A stretch of 64,000 bases of DNA from positions 4,772-68,771 of the forward strand of contig JAFGBF010000002.1 of NCBI GenBank assembly GCA_016933255.1, given 5' to 3'. Within the stretch, counting starts at the first letter, position 1; every line of letters begins with the position of its first letter. The notes beneath the pieces were generated by a model. It was given only the letters and a program-made list of their open reading frames with translations, was not told the origin of the DNA and did no database searches. Below, in pieces: positions 20,397 to 30,291 of the stretch. The stretch comes from Candidatus Krumholzibacteriota bacterium. Its GTDB lineage: Bacteria > Krumholzibacteriota > Krumholzibacteriia > Krumholzibacteriales > Krumholzibacteriaceae. A program made the position numbers and the translations under genes.

Positions 20397-21743
20397 TCAT
20401 CCTCTCAATTTCTTCGTGATCCTGGCCCTCAGCAGGATCGCGGTCAGGTTCAGCAAAAGTACCATGGCCACAAGGGTGAAGACCATTCCATACTGTACGT
20501 GACGGATCTCGTCTACCGCCTCGTGTTCGGTCGCAAGATTATAGATGTTCCACGGCAGGGCCGGAGTTGGCTGCGACAGCGTTTCGAACAGTCCGAGCGG
20601 CTTACCGACGCTTACGGCCGCTGTGAATATTATCGGAGCCGTTTCTCCCGCCGCGCGCCCCAGGCTTATAATAGTGCTGGTCAGTATGCCGGGAAGCGCC
20701 GCTGGAAGTATGACCCTGGCGATCGTAAACCACTTTCCCGCTCCAAGGCTCATCGAAGCTTCCCTGTATCCTCTCGGAACGGCGAGGATCGCTTCCTCTG
20801 AGGCCCTTATAATAGTCGGAAGCACCAGCAGGGCAAGCGTCATCGATCCGGCCAGTACGCTCTTTGAACTGGACACGTGCATCGTATTAATGAAGAACGC
20901 CAGGCCGAAAAGTCCGAACACAATACTCGGAACTCCCGCGAGCGAGCTGATACATGTCCTCAGCAGGCTTACGAATTTACCGTGTCCGGCGTATTCAGCG
21001 AGATATATCGCGGTGATTATCCCTAGCGGAATGGCGAATATCATCGAGCCGATCGAGAGATATAATGTTCCCAGCATCTCCGGCCATATACCGCCGAAGA
21101 AATGAGCGTCCTTCGATTCGTCGAAGAGGAAACGCCAGTATAGGGTCATCTTCGGCTTCAGCATCTTTTCGATATCACTCTCAAGAACGCCGAAAAGCCT
21201 TTCTATCGTCGTTCCGGCAAAAAGCTCCGCCCTCGGTGTCTCGATACTTTTGCCCATCCCCGAAGTATCCGAATAATCGTATCCCTCGACGAACAGTACC
21301 TGGTGCAGCTTTATTAGCGCCCGGTCGTATCTGGTCTGGCCGTACTTTTTTCTTATCAGCGCTTTTTCTTTTGCGCCTTCTCTCGGTCCGAGTAATTCGG
21401 TGATAAGACCTTTTAGTTCGCTGAAATCCGATCTGTACTGTCTTCGAAACTCCGGGCCGGACTCCTTCATCTCCTCTTCAAAAGAATCGAGAATATCGTA
21501 AACAGGTTTTCTGGCCTCCAGCGCTTCATCCAGATCCCTTGCCAGGGCTTCTGCGTTTCCACGGCCGAACTGCTCCAGAGACATTTCCCTGTACTCTACC
21601 GTGCCGCGGAATATGAAAGCTTTCAATCCGCGAACGATGATCGGCTGCAGCAATATCAGAAGCGCCATACCCATAAGTATGATCGCAAAGAATCCTACCG
21701 AAGTGAACGAGCGATCCAGCAGTTTTCTTGTTCCGACTTCCAT
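20397..21743 (-). CDS. pstA: Phosphate ABC transporter permease with large extracytoplasmic insert
   Basis: [26 protein letters not shown]. Confidence 0.94.
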   Translation of the reverse strand: MEVGTRKLLDRSFTSVGFFAIILMGMALLILLQPIIVRGLKAFIFRGTVEYREMSLEQFGRGNAEALARDLDEALEARKPVYDILDSFEEEMKESGPEFRRQYRSDFSELKGLITELLGPREGAKEKALIRKKYGQTRYDRALIKLHQVLFVEGYDYSDTSGMGKSIETPRAELFAGTTIERLFGVLESDIEKMLKPKMTLYWRFLFDESKDAHFFGGIWPEMLGTLYLSIGSMIFAIPLGIITAIYLAEYAGHGKFVSLLRTCISSLAGVPSIVFGLFGLAFFINTMHVSSSKSVLAGSMTLALLVLPTIIRASEEAILAVPRGYREASMSLGAGKWFTIARVILPAALPGILTSTIISLGRAAGETAPIIFTAAVSVGKPLGLFETLSQPTPALPWNIYNLATEHEAVDEIRHVQYGMVFTLVAMVLLLNLTAILLRARITKKLRG

Positions 21744-22904
21744 CTACGAGCCGCTCCTTCTCGATTTTCTCACGATCATCTCGCTGACGAAATTGGATAT
21801 GAACGCAAATAGCAGAAGGCCCAGGGCCATGGCAAAGAGGACATGGTACCTCGCCGAACCGGTGACATGATCCGCCTCGCCCATATCTCCCGCGATCGTC
21901 GCGGTAAGCGTCCTGACAGGCTCGAGCAGGTTGAACCATGGTTTCGGTATCCTCGCGGCATTGCCCGAAGCCATCCAGACGACCATCGTCTCGCCGATAG
22001 CTCTCATAACCCCGAGTATCACCGCCGCGGTGATCCCGCTTTTAGCGGCCGGAACGACCACCTTGACCAGTGTTTCAGCCCTTGTGGCCCCCAGCGCGTA
22101 GCTCCCCTCCCTGAGATCCCTCCCCACCGCGTTCAGCGCGTCCTCGGAGACGCTTACTATCGTCGGCAGTGCCATTATTCCGAGAATGACCGAAGCGTTA
22201 AGAGCGTTGGTACCGCTCGCTATCTCAAGCCCGTTTAGAAAAACATAGATCCTGCTGATAAAATAGAAAGAGACTGCCGAACCCGCGAGCCCTGCCGCGA
22301 CACGCGAGATCTTTCTGACATTCCTGGTGAACATGCCGCTCAACAGGTCGCTTGTGACGATGACCAGGATTGCCGCCAATGGGATCAGCACTACAAGCGC
22401 AGCGGCACTGAGAAGCGAACCTCCTTTTTCCTGGAGCATCGGAGCAAAAACGACCAGCGCGAAAAATCCGTAAACTACCGAAGGGATAGCGGCAAGCATC
22501 TCTATGACCGGCTTTACAACCTGCCTGAGAGAGAACGGGAGTATATCGCTGAGACAAAGGGAGGCGAGAACGCCTACCGGCACGGAAAACAGGATCGCCC
22601 CGAGGGTAACCAGACCACTCCCGATAAAAATCGCCAGCGCTCCGAATTCCGCTTCTTCTCTGGACGGATACCACCTCGAGCTTCCGAGAAACTCCCTGAA
22701 CCCTTCGAGCCTGAAAAAGGGGAAAGCATCCTTGATGATGAAATAAAAGATGAAAAGAAGGGCGATCAGAGAGCTCGAAGCAATGAGTATAAGCGTGGAA
22801 TGGCCGATACGGGAACCGATCGATCTGAAACGCCTCTCCCTGGCACCCATCATCAGTCGGCTCCCGATCACCTTGTCGTCTTTGTCTGTTTTCGCTTCGG
22901 CCAT
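21744..22904 (-). CDS. pstC: Phosphate ABC transporter permease
   Basis: LAAIPSVVYG, RAIGETM. Confidence 0.95.
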   Translation of the reverse strand: MAEAKTDKDDKVIGSRLMMGARERRFRSIGSRIGHSTLILIASSSLIALLFIFYFIIKDAFPFFRLEGFREFLGSSRWYPSREEAEFGALAIFIGSGLVTLGAILFSVPVGVLASLCLSDILPFSLRQVVKPVIEMLAAIPSVVYGFFALVVFAPMLQEKGGSLLSAAALVVLIPLAAILVIVTSDLLSGMFTRNVRKISRVAAGLAGSAVSFYFISRIYVFLNGLEIASGTNALNASVILGIMALPTIVSVSEDALNAVGRDLREGSYALGATRAETLVKVVVPAAKSGITAAVILGVMRAIGETMVVWMASGNAARIPKPWFNLLEPVRTLTATIAGDMGEADHVTGSARYHVLFAMALGLLLFAFISNFVSEMIVRKSRRSGS

Positions 22905-22931
22905 CTGGGTCCCTTACATCTTAATAATATC

Positions 22932-23774
22932 CTAGTACTTGGTCACGGGGATAAACCCGATCTCCTCTATGATCTCCTGTCCCTTAGGAGTAAGATAGAG
23001 CGAAACAAAAGCGTGAAGATGTGTCCCGAGTTTCGGATACTTGTCGGTGAACATGAAAAGAGGCCTCGCGATCGGGTAGGTGCCGGAGGACACTGTGTTG
23101 CGGTCCGGCATGATACCGTTGACCTTGAGAGCCTTGACGGTGCGGTCGACGAATCCGAGTCCCGCGTAGCCGATAGCGGCCGGGGTGCTCTGGACTCTCT
23201 GACGCACTGCTCCGTTGCTTCCTACATACTCGGTGTTTTCGTGGATCTTTTCCTTTGCCATGACCATCGTCTCGAAAGTCTCGTATGTACCGCTGTTCGT
23301 GTCGCGGCTGACCCTTACTATCTGAACGTCCGGTCCGCCGACTTCCTTCCAGTTTACTATCTTGCCCATGTAGATATCACGGACCTGCTCGATTGTGAGA
23401 TTCCCTACAGGATTACCCGGATGGACAATGATCGGGAGACCATCGACCGCCACGACGTGCGCTACAGGCATTCTACCCTTCTCGACCGCGGCCATGAACT
23501 CTTTCTGCTTCATGAAACGTGACATGTCCGCGATATCACACATGCCGTTGATCAGGCTCTTAGCTCCGTTGCCGCTGCCCGATTCGCTCACCGTAATGTT
23601 GACATCCTCATGAAGGGACATGTAGTACTCGGCGAACGCCTTGGCGATCGGTCCAACTGTCGTTGACCCGTCGATTATTATTCTTTCTTCCGCCGCGGCA
23701 TTTCCAACAGTCATCCCTGACAGCATCACGAGCGCGCATGAGAAAACGGCGATGGATTTTAAAATCGATCTCAT
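22932..23774 (-). CDS. pstS: Phosphate ABC transporter substrate-binding protein
   Basis: DGSTTVGP, GSGNG, RDTNSGT, YPIARPL. Confidence 0.95.
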   Translation of the reverse strand: MRSILKSIAVFSCALVMLSGMTVGNAAAEERIIIDGSTTVGPIAKAFAEYYMSLHEDVNITVSESGSGNGAKSLINGMCDIADMSRFMKQKEFMAAVEKGRMPVAHVVAVDGLPIIVHPGNPVGNLTIEQVRDIYMGKIVNWKEVGGPDVQIVRVSRDTNSGTYETFETMVMAKEKIHENTEYVGSNGAVRQRVQSTPAAIGYAGLGFVDRTVKALKVNGIMPDRNTVSSGTYPIARPLFMFTDKYPKLGTHLHAFVSLYLTPKGQEIIEEIGFIPVTKY

Positions 23775-23816
23775 TTGATTCCTCCTTTTTACTTTACCTT
23801 AATGTCATTCAGGCGG

Positions 23817-23854
23817 ATTAGGTCTTTATTAGTGTTCTGTTAGATTTCCGTTAA
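23817..23854 (-). promoter_or_regulatory. Pho-box-like array upstream of pstS
   Basis: Minus-strand TTAAC/CTAAC/CTAAT/CTAAT at exact 11-bp spacing; TAAGGT -10-like element downstream. Confidence 0.75.
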
Positions 23855-23876
23855 CAAAACCCAGGACTTGTCCGCG

Positions 23877-24989
23877 TTAGAATTTTAGTGCTATATCTAC
23901 CTGGAGTCTTTTGTAATCGACTTCTTCGTCGATCCCCTTGTTGTTCATGAAAAAGCTTACACCCAAGTCAACCTTGTCCGCAAGTCCGTATCCGAGACCT
24001 AACTCGAATCCGTTCCCGTCCGTTCCGCCTCCCCTGAAATCGGAGTCGGTAAAGACGCCGATGACCGCGTCGTCTTCTATCTCACGGTAGTTCAACGCAA
24101 ACTTGGCGTTTCCCTTGCCCTTGCCGCGTTTTACCGTTGCTCCAAAAAGATAGCCGGTGTTGAGGCTGTCGGCGGCGGTGTTGTTCACGTAGTTGCCGTA
24201 TACCGAGAATCCGAGTTTGTCCAACTTGAACCCGAACTCACCGAGGAGCTCGAACTGGTTGAAATCGTTGGCGTAGAAGTAGTCTGTGTCATCACCATCG
24301 ACGACTACGTCAGCGGTATTACCAAACGGGTCTTCATTGTCGAAAAAGAGCGGGGTCTTTCCCGGTTCTATGTTGTAATCATAAAAACCAACGCCGGCCA
24401 TCAGGTGCATGTCGTCAGCAGGCTTTACCTTCAAGGCTCCCTGCGCGCCGATCATCCTGAAATCGTCGGAAGAACTGTTTTCCTCCACATAGAAGAAGCC
24501 GGCACCAAGCATGACCGTTACCTTCTCGTTCAGGTCGCCCATGAAAGTCGCGGCGAGTCCCTCCGGGTTCAGGTCGCCGTCCCAGATAAGTTCAGTCTTC
24601 TGTACTTTCTGGAAGGGAAGCTTCATCTTTCCGCCGATTACGTTCAGGCCCTTTACGGCCGTAGGATGAAAATCGAAATATGCAAGGTCGAGATTGAACG
24701 GCTTGGTCGACCAGCCGCCGTCGAGGCTCTGGTTGGTCGAAACCGGATCATCCGACCCGCTGGCGAGACGAACACCGACGGAGATATTTTCGCTGATCTC
24801 TGCCGAAAGCATCAGTCTCGCACGTATTCTCCATCTGGTCCTGTCCTCGTCCTTCGATTCATCCTGTATCAGTTCGTGGCGATGGCGAAAATCTCCACTG
24901 AGTTTGACCTTATCATACCAGTTACCCGCCTTCGCCGCCGCGGTCATAAGCATCACCAATGCTGCCGCGATTACGATAGTTCTTTTCAT
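23877..24989 (-). CDS. Putative outer-membrane porin (phosphate-regulated)
   Basis: Signal peptide, 'GDFRHRHE..RWRIRARL', 'IWDGDLNPEG', C-terminal Phe beta-signal; lies between phoR and pstS. Confidence 0.85.
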   Translation of the reverse strand: MKRTIVIAAALVMLMTAAAKAGNWYDKVKLSGDFRHRHELIQDESKDEDRTRWRIRARLMLSAEISENISVGVRLASGSDDPVSTNQSLDGGWSTKPFNLDLAYFDFHPTAVKGLNVIGGKMKLPFQKVQKTELIWDGDLNPEGLAATFMGDLNEKVTVMLGAGFFYVEENSSSDDFRMIGAQGALKVKPADDMHLMAGVGFYDYNIEPGKTPLFFDNEDPFGNTADVVVDGDDTDYFYANDFNQFELLGEFGFKLDKLGFSVYGNYVNNTAADSLNTGYLFGATVKRGKGKGNAKFALNYREIEDDAVIGVFTDSDFRGGGTDGNGFELGLGYGLADKVDLGVSFFMNNKGIDEEVDYKRLQVDIALKF

Positions 24990-25176
24990 AAATTTAATTC
25001 CTTTCAACTGATCCTTTCAAAATGATCGAAATTTACTGAATCCGTTTCGATCGCCTTATTTCGTCTCTTTACGATCTCGTCTCTTTATCATCCGCGGGCC
25101 TTTCTTTACAACCTCCCGGCCACGCAAAAACACAAGTCGTTTTTTTTAACAACGTATAAAAGTATAGAAAAGAAGT

Positions 25177-25214
25177 GTTAGGCGTTTATGAAGGGAAAAT
25201 TAGAAAATAGTTAG
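25177..25214 (-). promoter_or_regulatory. Pho-box-like array upstream of the porin
   Basis: CTAAC/CTAAT/TTCAT/CTAAC at 11-bp spacing followed by TATACT -10. Confidence 0.72.
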
Positions 25215-25227
25215 CTTCAAATCGTTG

Positions 25228-27003
25228 TTATTTGCGGGGTATGCGTATCTTAAAGACGCTGCCTTTGCCGAATTTGCTCTCCACCGAGACTCTTCCCCCA
25301 TGTACTCCGGCGATGTGTTTGACTATCGCAAGCCCGAGCCCGGTGCCGCCCAGCTTGCGGCTCCTCGCCTTGTCTATACGGTAGAACCTCTCGAAAAGCC
25401 GTGCCTGGTTTTCAGGTTCGATCCCACATCCCCGGTCGATCACTTCCACGGCAAGATACGCGTTCTCCTGGAAGGCCTTGACGGTCACCTTGCTGTCCTT
25501 CTCGCTGTACTTTACCGCGTTTTCAACGAGATTGATTACAGCCTGCTCCAGAAGTGCGGGGTTTGCTCGGCCTTCAAGGTCCTCATCGCAATCGACCTCG
25601 ATGATTATATTCTTTTCTGCGCCTTTGACGGAACATACCTGGCGAGCGTCGTCGAGGATCTCCCTGATCTTCGTTTTTTCGAACCTAAGGCTTCCTGCCT
25701 CTTCTCCCCCCTCGACCTGAGCGAGTAGAAGAAGATCGTTTATTATGCTGCTCATACGGTCCGCCTGCCGGTCTATAATCGAAAGAAACTTTTTCGATTC
25801 GGCCGGGGAATCTATTGCTCCATCAAGCAATGTTTCGACAAAACCTCTGATCGCCGTGACCGGCGTCCTCAGCTCATGCGAGACGTTGGCTACAAATTCT
25901 TTCCGAACGTTTTCCAGTTTCCTGATCCTCGTAACATTGTTGAGCACGATGACGGCGCCCGTACCGTTACCGCTAACGCTATTAAGAGTCACACCCCTGG
26001 CCTGTATGAACGTGCTTTCCACGCCGAATCTAAGCGCGAAATCGGTCTCCACTGGAATATCACTGGAGAGAGTTTCAGCTACGAATTCCTGGAGCTGCTG
26101 GCTCCGGACGACCTCCTGTATAGATCTTCCGCAAGCTTCTTCAGGGGTGAGGCCAAGAAGCTTTGAGGCACCGGGATTCATTCGGACAATCTTTTCGTCT
26201 GAATTCACTACCAGGATCCCTTCGGGAATGGCCTGGAAGACCGCTTCCTGCTCGCTCTTCTGCGATTCCACGGTATCGATCCTGTTCCTGAGTTTCGAAG
26301 CCATATCGTTGATAACTCGCGCCAGTTCACCGACTTCCGCGAGCCCGTACGTCGGAATCCTGTAATCGAGATCCTCACCCTCGAAATGCTCTATCCCTTT
26401 TTTCATTTCCTCCAGAGGATTACTGATCCTTCGAGATACCAGAATACTGAGGATCGCTGAGATGAGCGCCGCGACGACGCCAGCGATAAAGAGGCGCCTG
26501 TACATCACCGACAGGCTGCCCTCGACTTCCGTAAGAGGGATCGAAGCCCTTACGGTGCCGAGGATAATATTTTCTGACTCGAGCGGAACCGCCACGTACA
26601 GAAAGTTCCGCTTGAGAGTTCCGCTGTATCTTTCAGATATCCCTATCGAGCCGGAAAGCGCTTTTCTGACTTCCGGCCTGTCCGCGTGATTCTCCATCCT
26701 TGCTGGATCTTCTTCCGAATCACCAAGAACGACCCCGCCGGGATCGATCACGGTAAGCCTCATCTCTGAACGGTCTCCGTATTCGTCGCAGAGAGAATCT
26801 ATCGCCGCGGAAGTCAATCCGGCGAAACCGGACGACAGGTGCATCGATACGATACCTGCCCGTTCCTCGAGACTGCGGGAGATATCCTTCTTGTGAAAAT
26901 CTTTCACCGCCTTCGACGCGTACCATGTTACCGATATAAGTGCCAAAAAGATTATCAGAATGTAATAAGGCAGGAGATGCCATATGATACGTTTTTTCGC
27001 CAT
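25228..27003 (-). CDS. phoR: Phosphate regulon sensor histidine kinase
   Basis: Two TMs, 'MENHADRPE', HAMP, PAS, FVANVSHELRTP, GTGLGL. Confidence 0.95.
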   Translation of the reverse strand: MAKKRIIWHLLPYYILIIFLALISVTWYASKAVKDFHKKDISRSLEERAGIVSMHLSSGFAGLTSAAIDSLCDEYGDRSEMRLTVIDPGGVVLGDSEEDPARMENHADRPEVRKALSGSIGISERYSGTLKRNFLYVAVPLESENIILGTVRASIPLTEVEGSLSVMYRRLFIAGVVAALISAILSILVSRRISNPLEEMKKGIEHFEGEDLDYRIPTYGLAEVGELARVINDMASKLRNRIDTVESQKSEQEAVFQAIPEGILVVNSDEKIVRMNPGASKLLGLTPEEACGRSIQEVVRSQQLQEFVAETLSSDIPVETDFALRFGVESTFIQARGVTLNSVSGNGTGAVIVLNNVTRIRKLENVRKEFVANVSHELRTPVTAIRGFVETLLDGAIDSPAESKKFLSIIDRQADRMSSIINDLLLLAQVEGGEEAGSLRFEKTKIREILDDARQVCSVKGAEKNIIIEVDCDEDLEGRANPALLEQAVINLVENAVKYSEKDSKVTVKAFQENAYLAVEVIDRGCGIEPENQARLFERFYRIDKARSRKLGGTGLGLAIVKHIAGVHGGRVSVESKFGKGSVFKIRIPRK

Positions 27004-27004
27004 C

Positions 27005-27694
27005 CTACTTCTCCCTGAACCGGTAGCCGACGCCCCTGACCGTCTCGATCATCTTTCCAAAGTCTCCGAGTTTTTTTCTAAGGCTGACGATATGGACATC
27101 CACCGAGCGGTCGGTCACAGGATAATCTTCGCCACGGGCAGTGTCTATAAGCTGCTGCCGCGTGAAAACCCAGCCGGGTCTTCTCACCAGCTGATGGAGT
27201 ATGAGAAATTCCGTCGAGGTAAGCTCTATACTGTTCCCTTTTACGAGCACTTCGTGCCTGCCGGGATGGATTTGAAGGTTGTTTATCGATATTACGGCGT
27301 CTTTCCCCGGCGCGGGGGTACCGGCCCGTCTGAGTACTGTCTTCACCCTCGCGACAAGTACCTTCGGACTGAACGGTTTCGTAATATAGTCATCGGCGCC
27401 CAACTCAAGACCGGCCACGATATCCGATTCATCTCCCTTTGCCGTCAGCATCACGATCGGAATAGAGGCAGTCCTCGTATCCTGCTTCAATGTGCGGCAG
27501 ACTTCGAGTCCATCGATTCCTGGAAGCATAAGATCGAGGAGGATAAGATCGGGAGATTTGTCCCGCGCCGCCTTTACGGCGTCCTCTCCCGTCTCGACCC
27601 GGGCGACCTTGAATCCGCTGCGTTCGAGGTTGTAACTCACCAGCTCCAGGATATCCTCCTCGTCGTCTACCGCCAGGATAAATTCATGGGCCAT
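27005..27694 (-). CDS. phoB: Phosphate regulon response regulator (OmpR/PhoB family)
   Basis: REC domain (DLMLP, GADDYITKPF) plus winged helix (ETVRGVGY); adjacent to phoR/pst. Confidence 0.93.
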   Translation of the reverse strand: MAHEFILAVDDEEDILELVSYNLERSGFKVARVETGEDAVKAARDKSPDLILLDLMLPGIDGLEVCRTLKQDTRTASIPIVMLTAKGDESDIVAGLELGADDYITKPFSPKVLVARVKTVLRRAGTPAPGKDAVISINNLQIHPGRHEVLVKGNSIELTSTEFLILHQLVRRPGWVFTRQQLIDTARGEDYPVTDRSVDVHIVSLRKKLGDFGKMIETVRGVGYRFREK

Positions 27695-27753
27695 TTCTCA
27701 CCTTCCTGAAATTAACAAATAAATTTCACTGTAATAACAATTAGGTGAATTTT

Positions 27754-27791
27754 GTTAAGCGCTTATTGCCAATTCGTGAGATTTTCGTTAA
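27754..27791 (-). promoter_or_regulatory. Degenerate Pho-box-like array upstream of phoB
   Basis: TTAAC/CTCAC/GCAAT/TTAAC at 11-bp spacing. Confidence 0.55.
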
Positions 27792-27902
27792 TTCTAACAG
27801 TTCGGCAGAAATAATTAAAAGATAAAAGGAAGTCAGGCCGTTTAAAATATTATGGCGCTGATTTTCCGCGATTCACATAACTAGCCGGCAGGAAACAATA
27901 AC

Positions 27903-27980
27903 TGGTCGGGGTGACTGGATTCGAACCAGCGACTTCCTGCTCCCAAAGCAGGCGCGCTAACCGAGCTGCGCTACACCCCG
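27903..27980 (-). tRNA. tRNA-Pro(UGG)
   Basis: CGGGGTGTAGCGCAG...CCTGC-TTTGGGA-GCAGG...GTTCGAATC...CCA. Confidence 0.97.
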
Positions 27981-28119
27981 ACACAAGGACAGGTCTATAT
28001 ATACAAAATGCCGCGGTCAAAACATAGAAATATATTTTTTGCCCGCCTTATCAGCTTCGCTTCAGATACAGGCTCGCCGTCGCGGACCTTGCCCAAGCAA
28101 GGGGTAGACCATGATTCCG

Positions 28120-28425
28120 CTACGGGGTTGCCTGTCTGTAAACCCCTACTTCATTGAAAAGTCGTTTTCCAAGTCGGTCTTTTTCCACTTCCAAATCATA
28201 GCTCGTCTGCAAATTAAGCCAAAACCTGTCAGTGGTTCCAAAATACCGTGAAAGTCTCAGCGCAGAATCAGCAGAAATCGCACGCTTTCCATGAACGATC
28301 TCATTAATCCGTCTGGCTGAGACATTGATGTCCTTAGCAAGTCGATATTGGCTAAGTTCCAGAGGCTTAAGAAATTCCTCCAACAAAACTTCTCCAGGGT
28401 GAATGGGATCCATTTTTTTTGCCAT
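28120..28425 (-). CDS. higA: HigA-family antitoxin (XRE HTH)
   Basis: PIHPGEVLLEEFL...RINEIVHGKRAIS...FWLNLQ..YDL. Confidence 0.95.
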   Translation of the reverse strand: MAKKMDPIHPGEVLLEEFLKPLELSQYRLAKDINVSARRINEIVHGKRAISADSALRLSRYFGTTDRFWLNLQTSYDLEVEKDRLGKRLFNEVGVYRQATP

Positions 28426-28435
28426 AATGATGCTC

Positions 28436-28717
28436 CTAATGATAATCTACTATCTGCACATTGTGTGCATGTCCATTTCGCCAAACGAAACAAACTCGCC
28501 ATTGATCATTTATGCGAATGCTGAACTGCCCTTTCCTGCTGCCTGATAACTTTTCAAGTCTATTCCCTGGGGGATTTTTAAGGTCTACTAAAGCTTCCGC
28601 AGCATCGACCATCACAAGTTTCCTAAGGGCAAGACGTTGCAAGCTCCCGGAAAGTTTCCTGACTCTCACACGGTGAAATATCTTTTCAGTGTCTTTGTCC
28701 GCAAATGATCGAATCAT
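28436..28717 (-). CDS. higB: HigB-family (RelE/ParE) toxin
   Basis: MIRSFADKDTE...PPGNRLEKL...SIRINDQWR...VDYH; toxin-first order. Confidence 0.95.
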   Translation of the reverse strand: MIRSFADKDTEKIFHRVRVRKLSGSLQRLALRKLVMVDAAEALVDLKNPPGNRLEKLSGSRKGQFSIRINDQWRVCFVWRNGHAHNVQIVDYH

Positions 28718-28723
28718 AATCAT

Positions 28724-28762
28724 ATAATAACGCGTCTCGCTATTAACGTCAAGCGTTATTAT
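28724..28762 (-). promoter_or_regulatory. higBA promoter with operator inverted repeat
   Basis: TTGACG-N17-TATTAT; 10-bp inverted repeat ATAATAACGC/GCGTTATTAT. Confidence 0.8.
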
Positions 28763-28850
28763 TGTCAGTGAGGTATCAACGGATTCTTTACAATCATGGA
28801 GAATTATTTTTCGCTTCTCCTGCCGGTCGCTCCGCCATAATCATGGCGAA

Positions 28851-30086
28851 TTATTCTTCAGGTGTTTTCCCCGTCGCCTCGTTATAGAGACCTATTATCT
28901 GGCAGTAATGGGCCTCTGTGTCGTAGAGTTCCTCCGCCTTTTTTCTCCCGGCTTCGCCCATCCGGCGCCGCATATCGCGGTCGCCCGCCATCCGGCCGAG
29001 GCACTCAGCGAGCTTCTCCCTGTCGCCTGCGGGAAAGAGGAGCCCGTTGACCCCGTCCTCCACCATCTCGGGTATCCCTCCGATATCGGCGGCGACAACC
29101 GGTTTGCCGACGGCAAGCGCTTCCATCACCGAGAAGGGAAGGTTCTCGTACCATCTCGACGGGACCACCACACAGCTCGATTCCTCGAGAAGGAGCCGCA
29201 GGTCATCCCCCGTGACAAACCCCAGGAATTCCACATCCGCCCCTTTTTCCGCGACAAGCTTCTTAAGGTCCGCTGAAAGCGGGCCTTCGCCGGCGATCTT
29301 GAGCGAGACGTTTTTCATCGAAGAGACTGCCTCGATCAGAAGATCTATCCCTTTCTCATGCGAGAGCCGGCCGAAATAAAAGAAATACCCTTTTTCGGCC
29401 CGCGGGGTGAATGATCCCACATCTACAAAATTCGGTATCGAGACTATTTTCTCTTTCTTTATCTTTCCTTCGACAAGCTTTCCCATCAGAAACCTGCTCG
29501 GAGTGATAAACCTCTCCACCTTCGACGGGACTCTTGAGACCCTGTCGCAAAAGGTAGTCATCATAGCCACGATGCTGGCCGGAAGGCTTCCTTTTTTGCA
29601 TTTGTGCATGACGCAGTTCCAGTACCGCTTTGGGAGGCAGAGCTCGCAGATCTTGTCTCCGCGCAGAAATGTCGTATTCGGACAGACGAGGCGGTAATCA
29701 TGCAGGGTCCATACGATCGGTATCCCCCTTTTTCTAAGGGGAGCTATTATCGATGTGGTCAGATGCCCGTGGATATTGTTGAAATGGGCGATATCAGGCC
29801 TTTTATCCTCGATCAGCCGGTCTATCGCCTTCCTCGCCTCACTGTTATATATGCTTCTGGAAAGGACCTTCAGCGCAGCCCCGGCAGAGGACTCTGCAAG
29901 AAGTGAGGGGAAATCTATCTCGCTGGTGAAATACCCAGAATATTCAGATTCGATGTTCTGCGGGTGCTGCATGGCAAAATGGATCACCTCGTGCCCCTTC
30001 TGCTCGAGGAGGCGCGAAAGATTGAACATATATGTCGAATCTCCGCCCCGGTAGTAGTGATATGTCTGAACCATCAGGATCCGCAT
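28851..30086 (-). CDS. Glycosyltransferase family 4
   Basis: WTLHDY, GRLSHEKG, ENLPFSVMEA; Cys-rich insert. Confidence 0.92.
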   Translation of the reverse strand: MRILMVQTYHYYRGGDSTYMFNLSRLLEQKGHEVIHFAMQHPQNIESEYSGYFTSEIDFPSLLAESSAGAALKVLSRSIYNSEARKAIDRLIEDKRPDIAHFNNIHGHLTTSIIAPLRKRGIPIVWTLHDYRLVCPNTTFLRGDKICELCLPKRYWNCVMHKCKKGSLPASIVAMMTTFCDRVSRVPSKVERFITPSRFLMGKLVEGKIKKEKIVSIPNFVDVGSFTPRAEKGYFFYFGRLSHEKGIDLLIEAVSSMKNVSLKIAGEGPLSADLKKLVAEKGADVEFLGFVTGDDLRLLLEESSCVVVPSRWYENLPFSVMEALAVGKPVVAADIGGIPEMVEDGVNGLLFPAGDREKLAECLGRMAGDRDMRRRMGEAGRKKAEELYDTEAHYCQIIGLYNEATGKTPEE

Positions 30087-30291
30087 TCTCCGGCCCCCTG
30101 TTAAAATAAAAACCCTGCGCCCGGGGAAGGCCGCGCTTTGAGACTCTGAATCTACACCAATATCCCTTTGATATCAAAGAAAATGAATGCCGTACGCTTT
30201 CGGAAGCCGATATAAACAGCTTGACTATCGCCATTCCGTATATTATAGAAATTGTATAAGAATATGATGTTTATGACGCTCTGAACGGAGG

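Noticed and set aside
28020..28119. Integron attC site or tRNA-targeted island for higBA
   Set aside because: No RYYYAAC/GTTRRRY pair, no integrase, no duplicated tRNA 3' end, and the module lies on the tRNA 5' side
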